Assembly (NCBI RefSeq): GCF_009914755.1
Contig: NC_060942.1
Strand: one strand, 5' to 3'
DNA from: the human T2T-CHM13v2.0 reference genome, Homo sapiens
DNA: 64,000 nt
Shown: positions 27,591-39,594 of the stretch, piece by piece
Layout of the letters: each line of letters opens with the position of its first letter
Numbering within the stretch: position 1 is the first letter of the stretch
Translations under genes and position numbers: made by a program
The notes under the pieces: generated by a model
Told to the model about the DNA's origin: nothing
Seen by the model: only the letters and a program-made list of their open reading frames with translations
Databases searched by the model: none

Positions 27591-28655
27591 GAAATCAGTA
27601 ATAAAGTGGATGTTGCAACAACAACAAAATCTAGATTAGGTGGCACTGATTTTGGAAACTGGGCTATGTACAGTGAAACAAATTGCTATCTATCTGAAGC
27701 TAGAAAAATGGTTATTAATATTACACTGTGGGAAACATTTTGGGAAGTAAAAAATCTCCTATTATTTGCAATATAGTGAAAGGTAGACAATGTCCCTAAT
27801 GAGCTTATTCCTTTAGGTGAAAACGAAAGAAGAACGAAAGAAAAAGAAAGTAGGAAAAGAGACTTCCTGTAACATGAGTCAGCTTGTATTGGATTTTTTT
27901 TTTTTTTTTTTTTTTAGAAAGGTAATACCTGTATAACAAAGCAGCGATCTCAGAAAAAAAGAAAAAAAAGTATTGGCCTGTTTACAAGCAGAAATAAAGA
28001 GCATTTTGAGAGTTCAGAAATTCAGGGACTTGCCAGGTTGAACGCTGCTATTGATTCTCATCTAATCAGTACAAGATAACACTAAGGGGCCTTTTGAGTG
28101 ACAGCCTAGGATGAGGACAAAGTCAAGAGTCTGCCAATTGCACCCTGAGCTAAAGCCCATGAATGGCTTATATTGAACCCAGGAAGACCTTTCAGATGTC
28201 TCAGGAAACAATGGCTCAGGAAAAAGAGGTTGAAATATGACTCTTCCATAAAAGCCTTATAGGCTCAAAGTACCCACAATTAAACTAATTTAATTTGACT
28301 TAATTTAATTTAATGTAAGGGGCATGTGAGTACTCATAAATGGGAAAAAATGACAAGACAAATAGCAAATGTTCTATTATATTGGATATTTTAATATGTT
28401 GTATATATTCTATATTCCTACCATGTCTATTCCACAGTTGTATAATCTGTTTGTGTACATATTTGTGTGTCCCCATACACATTGTTGAGACTGGTCAGAC
28501 AAATCCTCCTTTTGGTTCCAGTGTCTAGACACGTTGTAGAGACTCCCAGGCATCACTCAGAGATCTTGGGCTTTGAACTTGAAGCAGGGATTGGATAGGA
28601 GTATTGTGTTGTTTTGTCGTGTCAGAGAAATAGAAGCAAATGTTATTGACTCTAG
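27591..28655 (+). mobile_element. MLT1-internal sequence remnant
   Basis: Directly after the LTR end: GAAATCAGTAATAAAGTGGATGTTGC...GGTGGCACTGATTTTGGAAACTGGG resembles the MaLR-int 5' leader. Confidence 0.5.
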
Positions 28656-28699
28656 GCTGAATCTAGTAGACTGTATTTTTGTTCACCCATGTTTGGTGC

Positions 28700-29207
28700 C
28701 TCTTCCCTTTGCTTTCCTCCAGAGGATGATTTTGTTTCTTCTAGCAAACACTGAAAGTGCTGTGCTTCCTTGGGCGCTCTTAAGATCCCATTTTGCCTTT
28801 ATGAATGCTGCCCCCTGCCCACCTCTCAGGGGCTTTCAAAGACCAACACCAGATGCTATATTTGTGTGGACTGTTTTTGCTACCGGAGATATTGGCCTCA
28901 CAAGCTTAGAGAGCCCAGGGTGCCTATCCCACAGCTACTAACCAATGATTGTGAGGTGAAGGAGTGTGAAAGCCCAGCCTCCTTACCTTTCGTGGGAAGT
29001 AATCTATGCACCAGAGGTCTCCCCCTGGGGTCAAACTGAAGCTTAACCTTCCCTTTGCTTCTACCTCAGATCTCACCCTTGCCAGGCTTTGTTCTCTTCC
29101 ATGTCCTCTTTTGTCCACCATGGTCTCCCTGGGAACTCATCCTTTATAAATGACTTGCATTGAAATCCTCATCTCAGGGTCCACTCCAGGGAAACCAATC
29201 TAAGACA
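28700..29207 (+). mobile_element. ERVL LTR (LTR16-like)
   Basis: 3' end ATAAATGACTTGCATTGAAATCCTCATCTCAGGGTCCACTCCAGGGAAACCAATCTAAGACA; 5' boundary uncertain. Confidence 0.65.
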
Positions 29208-29534
29208 CACCCTTATCTTGTTGAACTTTCCTGGGGCTGTATGATTGCTTGGGTTCTGGAAATGTCAGTTGAAATAATATGTGCCATTCTCAGCAAAAGC
29301 TTTAAGGCCAGCAGGCACTACATCCTGCACCCTGCCCTCTGTCACAATTGGCATCATTCCAGCTAGAGACTGATCCAGTAGTCTTGGTATTGTGTGGAGT
29401 GAATACAACATGGGTCAGAATCACAGCCAGCTTTTGATGGACTTCTAATAGGATTTGCCTTTATTGTTATAAATCCAGGAGATATGAGGGTTCTTTGTTT
29501 CCACAGCATAATCTAGCCTATGTTGGCTAATACA
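29208..29534 (+). mobile_element. MLT1 LTR (3' portion)
   Basis: Ends GGTTCTTTGTTTCCACAGCATAATCTAGCCTATGTTGGCTAATACA. Confidence 0.7.
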
Positions 29535-30894
29535 ACAAGCTTCCACGAATAAAGCAGCCTGAGACATGGCTTATAATTTAACTACCCAATAATCTTTAAA
29601 AAGGCAATCTATAAGAATACATTTAGTGCATATAAGTTACTCATCATGTGATGATATGGAGGTATTTAATGCAGTCCATGCTGAAAGTATTATCTAGTTA
29701 AGATAAAGCTAATTTTGAGAGATAAAGCTATTTCTTTGATATAGATTTTAAAGCAATTTGTCTAGTTCAGTAATTCCAGAAAGGCATGTTATCTAGATCA
29801 GTGTGTAATCTCTTCCCTCATTTTGACACTAAATAATATTCAGTTCAATTTCACTTCTTTGAGAATGCACCTGATTTACTCATTAAAAATTATTTGGTTG
29901 GGTTCCAAGATTCCAAACCTGGATTACGTGGTCACAAGAAGCAATGCTCAAAAACCAGGATTCTGAGTCATAGAAACCTTGAACAATATAAGGATATGAG
30001 TTTTTAGTTTCCAAACAAACCCACGGCATATTGTTACACAAAATGCCATGAGCTTATTGAGAACATATTTTTCTCTGACACGTCAGGGAGGTAGTCTTGA
30101 CACAGCAATGACTTTTAAAATAACTGTAACTTGTGTACATTGTGATTTTTTGTGGTCTTCCTGAAATGGGTTTTGTCTTTGGTGTCTCTTAAAGTGAGAA
30201 AACGAACAGTTTGACTCACATGAAACTATTTGAGGATAATAAAGGATGTTTACTGTTGCCAGAAACTGATCAGAAAGGGGAAAAATAAGCAAACTCAGAA
30301 ACAGTTCATTAAATAGCTGACTGTAAAGGAGGAATAAAAATCACATGGGAATGGAAGTGACACGTCAGTTGATAATAGCATGAGCCAAAACATAGGCCAT
30401 GTGTGGGCATAGTATGAGAATTGTATTCTGGAGATGCTCATTTCTTGGGGCTAGAGGTTTAAGTTGAGCACTAGAGAAAGGTTAAATATTTGCCATTATA
30501 GGCTAACATTATTTCTGCAAAATTTCAGACTGGAAGGGAGCAATGTAACAGAGTCTCAAATATATCCAGCAAGGCAATTGTAATTATTATATGTGGGGAA
30601 AATAAGATCAAATGCCTCTCAACCTCATTAGTATGACAATTATCTAATCAGACAGTTACTTCTCTGAATTCCCCAAGCAAATATTTACATTCTGATTTGT
30701 AAGGCCACGGGGTCACACAGAGCCAGGGGAGCATAAGTCCTAGGAGACAATGTGACTGTCACTTCTTGAGTTGTGCAGTGTGGAGACCCAAATTCCAACC
30801 AGGAAATGATATTATTAGTGTGTAGGTGTAAAGAGGGGAAAGGGTAAAGATAGCAGAAGCCTACCTAAGACTAAGGTAAATAAAGGTAATGAAA

Positions 30895-31110
30895 ATAATG
30901 ACTACTAATTATGTTGTACCAGATACTCTATAACATTTTTCCTATGTACCACATACTCTGTAAAATTCTCACCTATGAGTTGATGCGCTATTTTAATTAC
31001 AGATTAGAAAATTGTTGCACAGAGAGATTAACTTCCTCAAGTTCTCAGGCTAAGAATGATGAAGCTAGGACCTGAATTCATGTCTTATCTGAATCTCAAA
31101 TATTCATATT
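30895..31110 (-). mobile_element. MIR with internal 30-bp duplication
   Basis: TTACAGATTAGAAAATTGTTGCACAGAGAGATTAACTTCCTCAAG; TGTACCA(G/C)ATACTCT at 30915 and 30945. Confidence 0.6.
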
Positions 31111-31894
31111 GATTGTTTGACTTTTTTCTCTGGCTTTCTAGAACTTTGTCAAAGAATATCATGCATAATTAATGAAGGACTAACCTATAGTGATGACTTA
31201 ATATACCTGCATGGATATAACACTATTTTTATAACTTTAATATTAGTAACTACTAAGATCATTTCAAATTTTCCATTTTTATTTCTGATATAGTATTTTT
31301 TTTAAGTTACTCAAATTAGTAAAATAACTGTAAAGGACTAGCGATGAGAACTTCTAAATGATATACCACTTCTCTTTCTTATATAATATGTATCCACTAT
31401 ATTAATTCCTCTTCTTTTTTTATGGTGCCTCTTTTTCCTCACTGTCTTTACACTGTAAGCAGCACTCAATGACCAATGGCAAATGTGGGGAGGACTTCAT
31501 AGCTTCTAAGTGCTGTTCTGTTTTGTTTTGCTTGTTTTTGTTTCCCTGAATTCTTATATACTCAAGCTTCTGTGTGCCTCATTCTCAAGCTCCAGGAAGT
31601 TTGTTTGGTTTTTACTATATTTCACATTACTATCAAATCCCTAAACTTTTCATGAGTGCTGAAACTTAAATAGTCACTTAGGTAGGGATCACAAGTTTTT
31701 CTCATGTATAATGAGGTCAGGGCTTGGAAATCATATCAGTCAGATCTACAGTGATAATGCGTTAATCTTTGTAAAATAATTTTAAATAAATTTGCTTTAT
31801 TATTGCATTTATTAAACATTATTTAACTTCTTACAGCCATTTCATTAAGGCATCTAAAGGAATGGAACACACAAACTTTTTTTTTCTATTTTGT

Positions 31895-32072
31895 CTTTTA
31901 TTAATCATTAATCTTTATTAATTATCTTTTATTAATTATTCTTTTATTATCTTTTATTAGTTATCTGGTTTCCACTGCCTCAATAATATTAAATTGTATT
32001 AATTATCTGGTTTCCAAAGCCTCAATAATTTGAAATTTTATTAATTATCTGCTTCCCAAAGCCTCAATAATA
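31895..32072. repeat. AT-rich low-complexity tract grading into a 42-bp tandem repeat (~2.7 copies)
   Basis: TTATCTG..T.CCA..GCCTCAATAAT at 31961, 32003 and 32045. Confidence 0.85.
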
Positions 32073-33094
32073 ATATTTGAGGCACCTGGACGCTCCCCTT
32101 TTCGCTGTCATGTCATGCCTTACCTGACTGAGGACTGCTTTTAGATCATTCTTCAAATATATGAATTTTCTACATTCTCACTCCAAGGTTTACAAGCAAG
32201 TCATTGGTACATCACTTTTTATATTCTATTCTACTAGTCTATCTGCATTTATTGCAGGAGAAGGAAGCTGGCCAACCTCAATACCTATTCTTTTCCCTTT
32301 AAACTGCTTGAGAGTGGTCATATAACCTTGCCTACAGATGAGTCAACAAACCATGGCTGTAGTGCTCAATCATCTATTTAAACCAGTTAACAGATTATTA
32401 ATTTATTGTTATTCAATTTTAATTCTCCATATAAGAAATGCTTATTAGTCTAGATATTCACAGTTATTCACCTTTATGGATAACATTGGTAAAGGTTGTA
32501 GATGATATTTCTCTATTTCAACCAATTTATCCTTTGAGTTTCAAAAACTCACTAGTATTCAAAACATTCAAGAGGCCTATAGGCAATTTATTTATTTCTG
32601 GATAAAACATGTGGCTATTTTAATAGCCCTGACTTAGTTATCAGTCCTCAGCTTGACAAAAAGATACTTCTTCTGTTTGTCAGCTCAGACCATTGATTCA
32701 ATTATGCCTTATTTCTAAGGCTAGAATTTTAAAGACTGGGAAAGATTAAAATTCTTTGCGCTACAGTAATTTGAAAAAAAAATGCTATAGATTTGATATT
32801 TGTCTCAATTAAAGTAAAAATAATTTACATAGATATAGATATATAGATATAGATTTTATATTCTAGCTATCTGTAAGGCATGTTAAAAATAGTGTTGAGT
32901 AACTTTCATAGTTCTGCAAAGAAATAATTGTAGTCTATGAAAAAGCGTAAACTTTATATTGTAATATCTACAGGTCAAATCAATTTGCTGCTAGAAACAC
33001 TTGTGTTTTTGTAAGTATGTATTTAAGCCCAAATTTTAGCAAAAGTGATATATAAATAGCTGAAAGATAGAGAAAATGAAATGGTATTAACAGT

Positions 33095-33342
33095 TCAGCA
33101 TTATATGGGAGAGTTTGGCCTCAGTTTAGGCAGATTGGTTCTGATTTTTAGATATGTCATGTACTACCAGTTTGACCTTGGTAAAGTCTCTAAACTGTTC
33201 TGTGTCTCAATTTCGTATTCTGAAAAATTAAAATAAGACTAGTACTTATCTCATAGAGTTTATTAAATAAGTTAATGTGCATAAAGTGCTTAGAAGAGTG
33301 ACTAACATGCAGGAAATACCATTTAGGCATTAGCTATTATTA
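33095..33342 (+). mobile_element. MIR
   Basis: TTGACCTTGGTAAAGTCTCTAAACTGTTCTGTGTCTCAATTTC...TAAAGTGCTTAGAAGAGTG...TTAGCTATTATT. Confidence 0.8.
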
Positions 33343-34019
33343 ACAATCAACACTCTTAAAACACAAAATTTGTCTATTCAATTTAAGAGCCAGTCTGCCT
33401 GAAGACAATTTGGCCAGCCAACTCTTTGCTATTACTGACTGAATTTTCCTTTCCTTATAATTTTGAGAGGGACTCTAAAAATAAAGTGTTAATGAAACTG
33501 GAGACATATGCTTTTGGATTAATATTGCATCTGGACAGTAGGTTTTTAAATAAAATCAAATTGAAAACATTAATTTACTTTTAATATTTATTTGTCTTCT
33601 CCTAATTCTCTCCTGAGATTCATAACAAATGTAAAGCCCTAATCCCATGAAAATTGCTTGATAGACACTTTATTGCCAAAACCTGCCAAAAATTTCCCAC
33701 ACGACAAAATCAGTGGCACTGAAAGAGGAGTTACAATCATGTTTTATAATGACACATGCTTTGCTACTTCAGGAAGGGCCAGCCTGAAGGATCGTAGAAG
33801 AAGCCTCATTCCTTTGCCCACAGGCTGAATCTGATGCAGAAATGTTGCCTCCACATGAGATAGAAAATTGAGGAGCCATTTTCTTCTGAAAAAGCAAACA
33901 GAATTATTTGTTTTTATTATTTTACTTGTCTCCTACACAAACACATGTGTCTTTCATTTTCAAAAATTCACTGACAAAAACTTACTTAAAACAATTGGAG
34001 AGAATGGTAAATCTTTCTA

Positions 34020-34590
34020 ATAACCCATGTGAGAGAGTATGACAGATCTTACCATGAGAACAGCATTGGACTAAGAGAGAAGTCAACTTGGTAACTGATT
34101 GGATGTAGGTGTTGCAAGACAGAGACAAGTCAAGAATGATTCTGAATTTTCTGACAAGAACTATTAGCACACGGTCATACAATGTTCCAAACTGGGAAAA
34201 TTGGAAACGGAGAACAAGAGGATATGGGGGAAAGAATCATGTGTTATGTTATTGGACATACTGCATTTGAGTTGTCTAGAAAATACTCAGGTTGATTTTT
34301 GAGTACAGACATTAGGGGCCTGGGGTCCAGATAAGTGAAATGGGTTGGAGGAACTGAATTGGGAATGGTCAGTAAATAGGTGAGAAAGTGAAGTGAGTTC
34401 ATGAAATTGGAAGAAAGTGCATCATGAGAAGAAAATAAGCTGACAGCCAAATCTTGAAAAGCCAGCATTTAATGGTTGAGTGGACAAGAAGGAAGAAGCA
34501 AGGAAGACTGACAGAGCTAAGGAGAAAAAAATGCAGAGGAGTTTTGAATTACAAAAGCAAGGGCATGAGTTTCATAAAAGAACCAATGTT
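34020..34590 (-). mobile_element. L2 internal fragment
   Basis: TTGGTAACTGATTGGATGTAGG...GTCAAGAATGATTCTGA...TTGGACATACTGCATTTGAG. Confidence 0.75.
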
Positions 34591-34735
34591 TAAGAGTAAA
34601 GCCCATCAAGGAATATTTTGTCTACTCTCTGGATCAATTCAGACAAATCATGACATAGTTTAGCAGGATCACATTAGCTATAGTCAAAATAAAGTAGTTA
34701 CATGTTCTCTGCATATCAGACCTGTAGCAGAAATC

Positions 34736-34736
34736 A

Positions 34737-34779
<43 letters not shown>

Positions 34780-34814
34780 GTGTATATATATATATGTGTA
34801 TATATATGTATATA

Positions 34815-34853
<39 letters not shown>
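34736..34853. repeat. (TA)n/(TG) interrupted microsatellite, ~118 bp
   Basis: Read directly. Confidence 0.97.
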
Positions 34854-34856
<3 letters not shown>

Positions 34857-35129
34857 TTTTAAATTGTGAAAACGTTTCTTAAGCAGTACACACTCTTATG
34901 TGGTAACCAAATTAATTTATTCATTTTAAAAGATCCAGAACTGTAATAGCTACCATTTTTTGGACACTTGCTATTTGCTATATTTATTGCTAATGTTTGA
35001 ACAGATATAAATATTATTACAATCATTTATAGTTGAGTGAACGAAGGCTCAGACAGTTTCAGAAATTTGACACAAAGTCATACAGCTAATTCATGGTAGG
35101 CTGCAATCAAACCTAGATCTAGGATCAAT

Positions 35130-35241
35130 CCTTCCTTCTACCTCCCTCCATTTCCTTCCTTTCTTTCTTGCTTCCTTCCTTCCTTTCTTCCTTTTTTCCT
35201 TCTTTCCTTCCTTCTCTCATTTTTCTCTTTCCTTCCTACCC
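35130..35241. repeat. (TTCC)n-like polypyrimidine tract
   Basis: CTTCCTTCCTTCCTTTCTTCC degenerate run at the tail position of the FAM. Confidence 0.9.
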
Positions 35242-35242
35242 T

Positions 35243-35403
35243 TTTAGAGACAAAATCTCACCCTGCTGTCAAGGCTGGAGTGCAGTGACTATTCACAGGC
35301 ATGATCATGGCACAATAGAGCCTGCAATTCCTAACCTCAAGTGATCCTCCTGCCTCAGCCTCTCAAGTAGCTGGGACTGTGGGTGCATGCCATGGCATTA
35401 GGC
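35243..35403 (-). mobile_element. Fossil Alu monomer (FAM)
   Basis: Single monomer containing GCAGTGACTATTCACAGGCATGATC; the extra GTGAATAG segment on the minus strand is diagnostic of FAM. Confidence 0.8.
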
Positions 35404-36261
35404 GATCTGCGTTTCTTTGTCCAAGAATTCAAACTATTTCTATTATACTGAAGTATTGATATATTTTCATAAGGTTAAAAACAGAAAAAAGTATTCAGAT
35501 AAAAAGGAAAAGTATTTAATTGTTGAATGCTTCATACTTCTCAAACTTTAAACTTTCAGAAATATGAAACACTTCCTTCAAGATCGAAAAGCCATTTCTG
35601 AATTTCTTAGAAATACTTTTCAATATTTATTGGCAATCTTCTCTTTATTCTTTCTAAGCAGTGTCTATGGATTTTTAACATATCTTTTTTAAAGAAGGAT
35701 GCCCAGCAAGGTATTAAACAGAAGTTAGGGTGTGAATTCACAAGAACGGACTCATGCTGCACAATGATAGCAAGACGCCACTAGGTATATGAGTTTCCTT
35801 GCTACTGTTTGTATCTCAGGTTGTCTAATGTGAGTGTTGAGTATATAAACTATATTTTCGCATGAGTTTTCAACATAAGGACCATCATGACATGTATAGA
35901 GTAAGAATACATAATTTCAACCATGTTAGTTCAAGCAGTAGAAATGTTTCTAAGGTTTACTGGGGGAAAACAAAAAGGCAAGAAGCATAAATTGAGTTTA
36001 AAAAATATTTATTTAATAAAGACAAATAAAAGTAAAGTACTTTCTATTCTAAACTATAGTTAGAAGATATGTGCAAACATCTGCAAGAAATGTTTCAGAT
36101 TATAAAGCATGAATACACAAGGCATTGAAAACAGAATTTAAAAAGGACGTATTTAGTTACCATGAGCACATAGCTGGGATTAAACCATGTAGTAATACAC
36201 AAAAAAAGAGAGGATCCTTTGCAGCCATCAACAGTGAAACAGAATATCAACTCTTCTTTTT

Positions 36262-36356
36262 CTCTCCTGTGCTCAGCTGATGACTTCCACATGGCTCACT
36301 AGATTCACATGGCTCTCCTATGCTCAGCCCATGACTTCCACATGGCTCACTAGATT
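36262..36356. repeat. 51-bp-period tandem duplication with nested short repeat
   Basis: CTCTCCT(G/A)TGCTCAGC..ATGACTTCCACATGGCTCACTAGATTC at 36262 and 36313; CACATGGCTC occurs three times. Confidence 0.92.
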
Positions 36357-37737
36357 CCCAGAAACATGATTTCCCTAGAAGTTAATTCTCACCTGCAGGC
36401 AAGAACTTTGCTGGTTGAAGCAGGAAACTAACAGACACAGAGGGACTTTAATCATCAGGAGTGGCAATGGGAGCGACTGAATCAAGATCTCAGAACACTC
36501 ATTCACTGAGCCTGAATGTAAAGCTTGGGAATGTCTTCTGTGTGAGAATATTTTCTCCAATTACTTCTCTACTATCTCAGACATAGAAGTAATCAGTTCC
36601 AGTAAGTGGAGTTAATACATTTTTTCAAAAAGTTACTTGCAGTTACTGTTACTCTGCATGGAGTAGGTGCTTTGGGATAGGAACAAAGAAATCAGGCTGG
36701 ATTGATTTCCTTACCTTATTTTTAAAATTAATTAACTAATTTGATGAGGATAGAGGTCAAGAGAGAAGATTTGGGAAAAATTAGAGATGGACTTTGTAAA
36801 GGAAGATAAGACATTTAGCAAAGCATGTGTAACAGATGAGAGACTGGTAAGAGTATTAGTGAGAAGAAAAGTGGATTTTTGGAAGAAAAATGCTTGTCAT
36901 GTTGAATAATTAGTATATATTTAGTTAGAGGGGCCATAGTTATAATTACATGATTATAAATGCTGGAAGCATTTGGCATTTTATGCTAGTAGAAATGGAA
37001 TCTGTTACATTATTGGACTTAGGAAAAAAATTTAAGTAAAGGTATTTTCTAGGACTTGTGATTGCCAGATACAAAAATTAACCAAAAAGCTTAGGCATAA
37101 AGGAGAATGTGATGGCTTTAGAGGTGAAGTTTCCCATAAAGCCCTTATCTTGTCCTCAAATAATTTGGGACTCTGTATTTCACTCTCTCTTTTTTTTCTT
37201 TCTCAGTTTATTCTCAGGCAGCTTCTCCATACACAGTGGATTGGCAGATCTAGGCTCCCCTTTATGCTATCTAGGAGGTAGAAGTATTTCTTCTGCATTA
37301 GTTGCCACAAATTCCCAAAATGATGTCAGGTGGCTTATGTCACTTTTCCAACCTTGAATAAATCACTCTGTCCAAGAGTGTGGGATATCAGCCTGGCTCT
37401 CCGTAATGTGAATGCCCACATTCTTGAAGGCTGACTGCCACCAACTCCACCGAACCACAGGGACAGAAAGCAGGAAAATTGGGTCATGGTAGTCGAAGAA
37501 AGGGGAACGGATGCTAGACAGACAAAATCGCAGATGGTCACCCTAGGAAGAAGAATTAAAGTATGGGAGAAATGATGAGAAGATTGTTGAATGATTTTAT
37601 TCTTGTGGCCAAAGAAGAAGAGTGAGCCACAAACACTGTTTAAATTTAACCAACCAGAATAGAAAGTCCAGCTGGGACCAAACTGCTGTTTCCTTTTCAG
37701 GTTGCTTCAGATGCAGGCTCCCTTTCTGCCATGGAAG

Positions 37738-37965
37738 AATACAGTGGTTTAGAAGAGTCTTCTTGGGTCCTGAAACAAGCTCCAAAACTTCCTAATTCTA
37801 TGACGTTGAATAAGACCTTTAACATTCTGTGCCTCACTTTCTTCATTTGTAAAATGTGTACATAAACATTACCTCTCTCATGTAAAGTTTAGACGAGAGT
37901 GTAAAATGCTTAGAATGGTACATGGTTTGTAGAAGGATTATGTAAGTATTTGTCATTATTGTTGC
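37738..37965 (+). mobile_element. MIR
   Basis: TTAACATTCTGTGCCTCACTTTCTTCATTTGTAAAATG...GTAAAATGCTTAGAATGGTACATGG. Confidence 0.8.
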
Positions 37966-38239
37966 TTTTATTAATGCAATTACAATGAGAAAAAACACAC
38001 GAACGTTGTGGGGGTGACACAACATGTAATATAAGAAGCTCTTCCTTAGAGGGGGAGACAGAAGGAATTTGAGTTGAATACAAAGGAAGCGACATAGGAA
38101 ATGACTCAGGGTTAATTGGTTATGGTATCAGATGATTCTTTCTCCCAGTTGTGTGTTTGTGACCAGAGTAAATCCAAGTTTTTATCATTAAATTTTTCTA
38201 ACTTATTGCATTTGTGGGTATCACTTCCTGGAGGAAACT

Positions 38240-38855
38240 TGTCATAGGCAGCCTCTAAGTTGGTTGCCAATGATCCCTGCATCCTGATATTCATGTCCTT
38301 ATGTAATTCTCTCTTCTTAGATGTGGGCTGGACTAATTACCTTGCTTTTAATGAATAGAATATGGCAAATTTGATGAAATACATGCCACTCTGAGAGCTG
38401 GTTATAAAAATGTGATAGCTTCTCTCTGGGCATGCTTTCCAGAACACAAACCCAGACACACACACACACACAGACACACATATACATACACACTCTCTGT
38501 CTCCTCTCTCTCTCTCTCTCTCCGCTTTCTCTCTTTCTCACTCTGAGATCACTTAACCTGGGAGGATCTAGCTGCCATGTTGTAAGGCAGCCCTGTGATG
38601 AGAAGCTAAGGCTTACCAGCAACCACATGAGTGAAACTAGAAGGCAATCCCTCTACATGTAAATGACCCTTTATAGGAGCCTGTAGCCCTGACTGACAGG
38701 CTTCAATGCAACCTTATGAGAAACCTTGAGCCAAAGGCACTCAGTAAGCTACAGCCTGATTTCTGACCCGCAGACACTACAATAATAAATATTTGTTGTC
38801 TCAATGTCTTCTAAGTTTGGGGGTAATCTGCTTACACAACAATAGATAACTAACA
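38240..38855 (+). mobile_element. MLT1E/F-like LTR with internal (CA)n/(CT)n
   Basis: GGCAGCCTCTAAG..GG..GCCAATGATCCC...AATAGAATATGGCAAA...CTAAGTTTGGGGGTAATCTGCTTACACAACAATAGATAACTAA. Confidence 0.85.
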
Positions 38856-39383
38856 AATAATTTTTAGAGTGAAAACAGTAGGACAGAGTCATCTACTAGC
38901 GTTTGTGAGTTTGCATGAGTTACCAGTAAATACAGCAGCTTTTTGCCTAAACTGATCCCCATGATAAGGGGGACTACTATTACCAAGAAGAGATGGCCCC
39001 ACCTTAAGGAGAGATGATGGGGGGAAGATATCATCACATTAGGTTTTAAACAAATACAATTTTACCCTACTCTGACCACAACCTTTTACTAGAGCATACT
39101 ATGTATGTATGTATCATACCATAGAGAGTAGAAAGAGTGTGCAAAATTATTTTGAGTATCTGTTCCCATAAGCTTAACTTGGACAGTAAAGATATATACA
39201 TATGGATATATTTGTGTACACACACATACTAGGAAAACATTCACTGCCAGAAGCTTCAGAGAAATAGATATTTCTCTGAAATAGAAATAGAAGCTTCAGA
39301 TAAATAGATATGTGACCTATAGAGTGTGTATGTAACCACACATAGACACGCACACATCACACACACACATACATACACATCTC

Positions 39384-39425
39384 TATATCTATTGAATATT
39401 TACCTCTCTCTCTCACTGTCTCTCC

Positions 39426-39458
<33 letters not shown>

Positions 39459-39594
39459 CAGGTAAATCAGTAGCATAGTGCAATTATATGTCTATTGAAT
39501 ATTTACCTCTCTATATATATCTATTGAATATTTACCTCTCTCTCTTTCTCTCTTCCTCTCCAGATAAATCATTAAGCATAGTGCAATTACATGC
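39384..39594. repeat. Complex duplication around (CT)n tracts
   Basis: TCTATTGAATATTTACCTCTCT three times; CCAG(G/A)TAAATCA...AGCATAGTGCAATTA twice. Confidence 0.85.

Larger units (their letters stand above)
34945..35450 (-). mobile_element. MIR split by a FAM insertion
   Basis: AATAGCTACCATTTTTTGGACACTT...AAGGCTCAGACAG...AAAGTCATACAGCTA up to ~35120; MIR-like end resumes after 35403. Confidence 0.6.
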
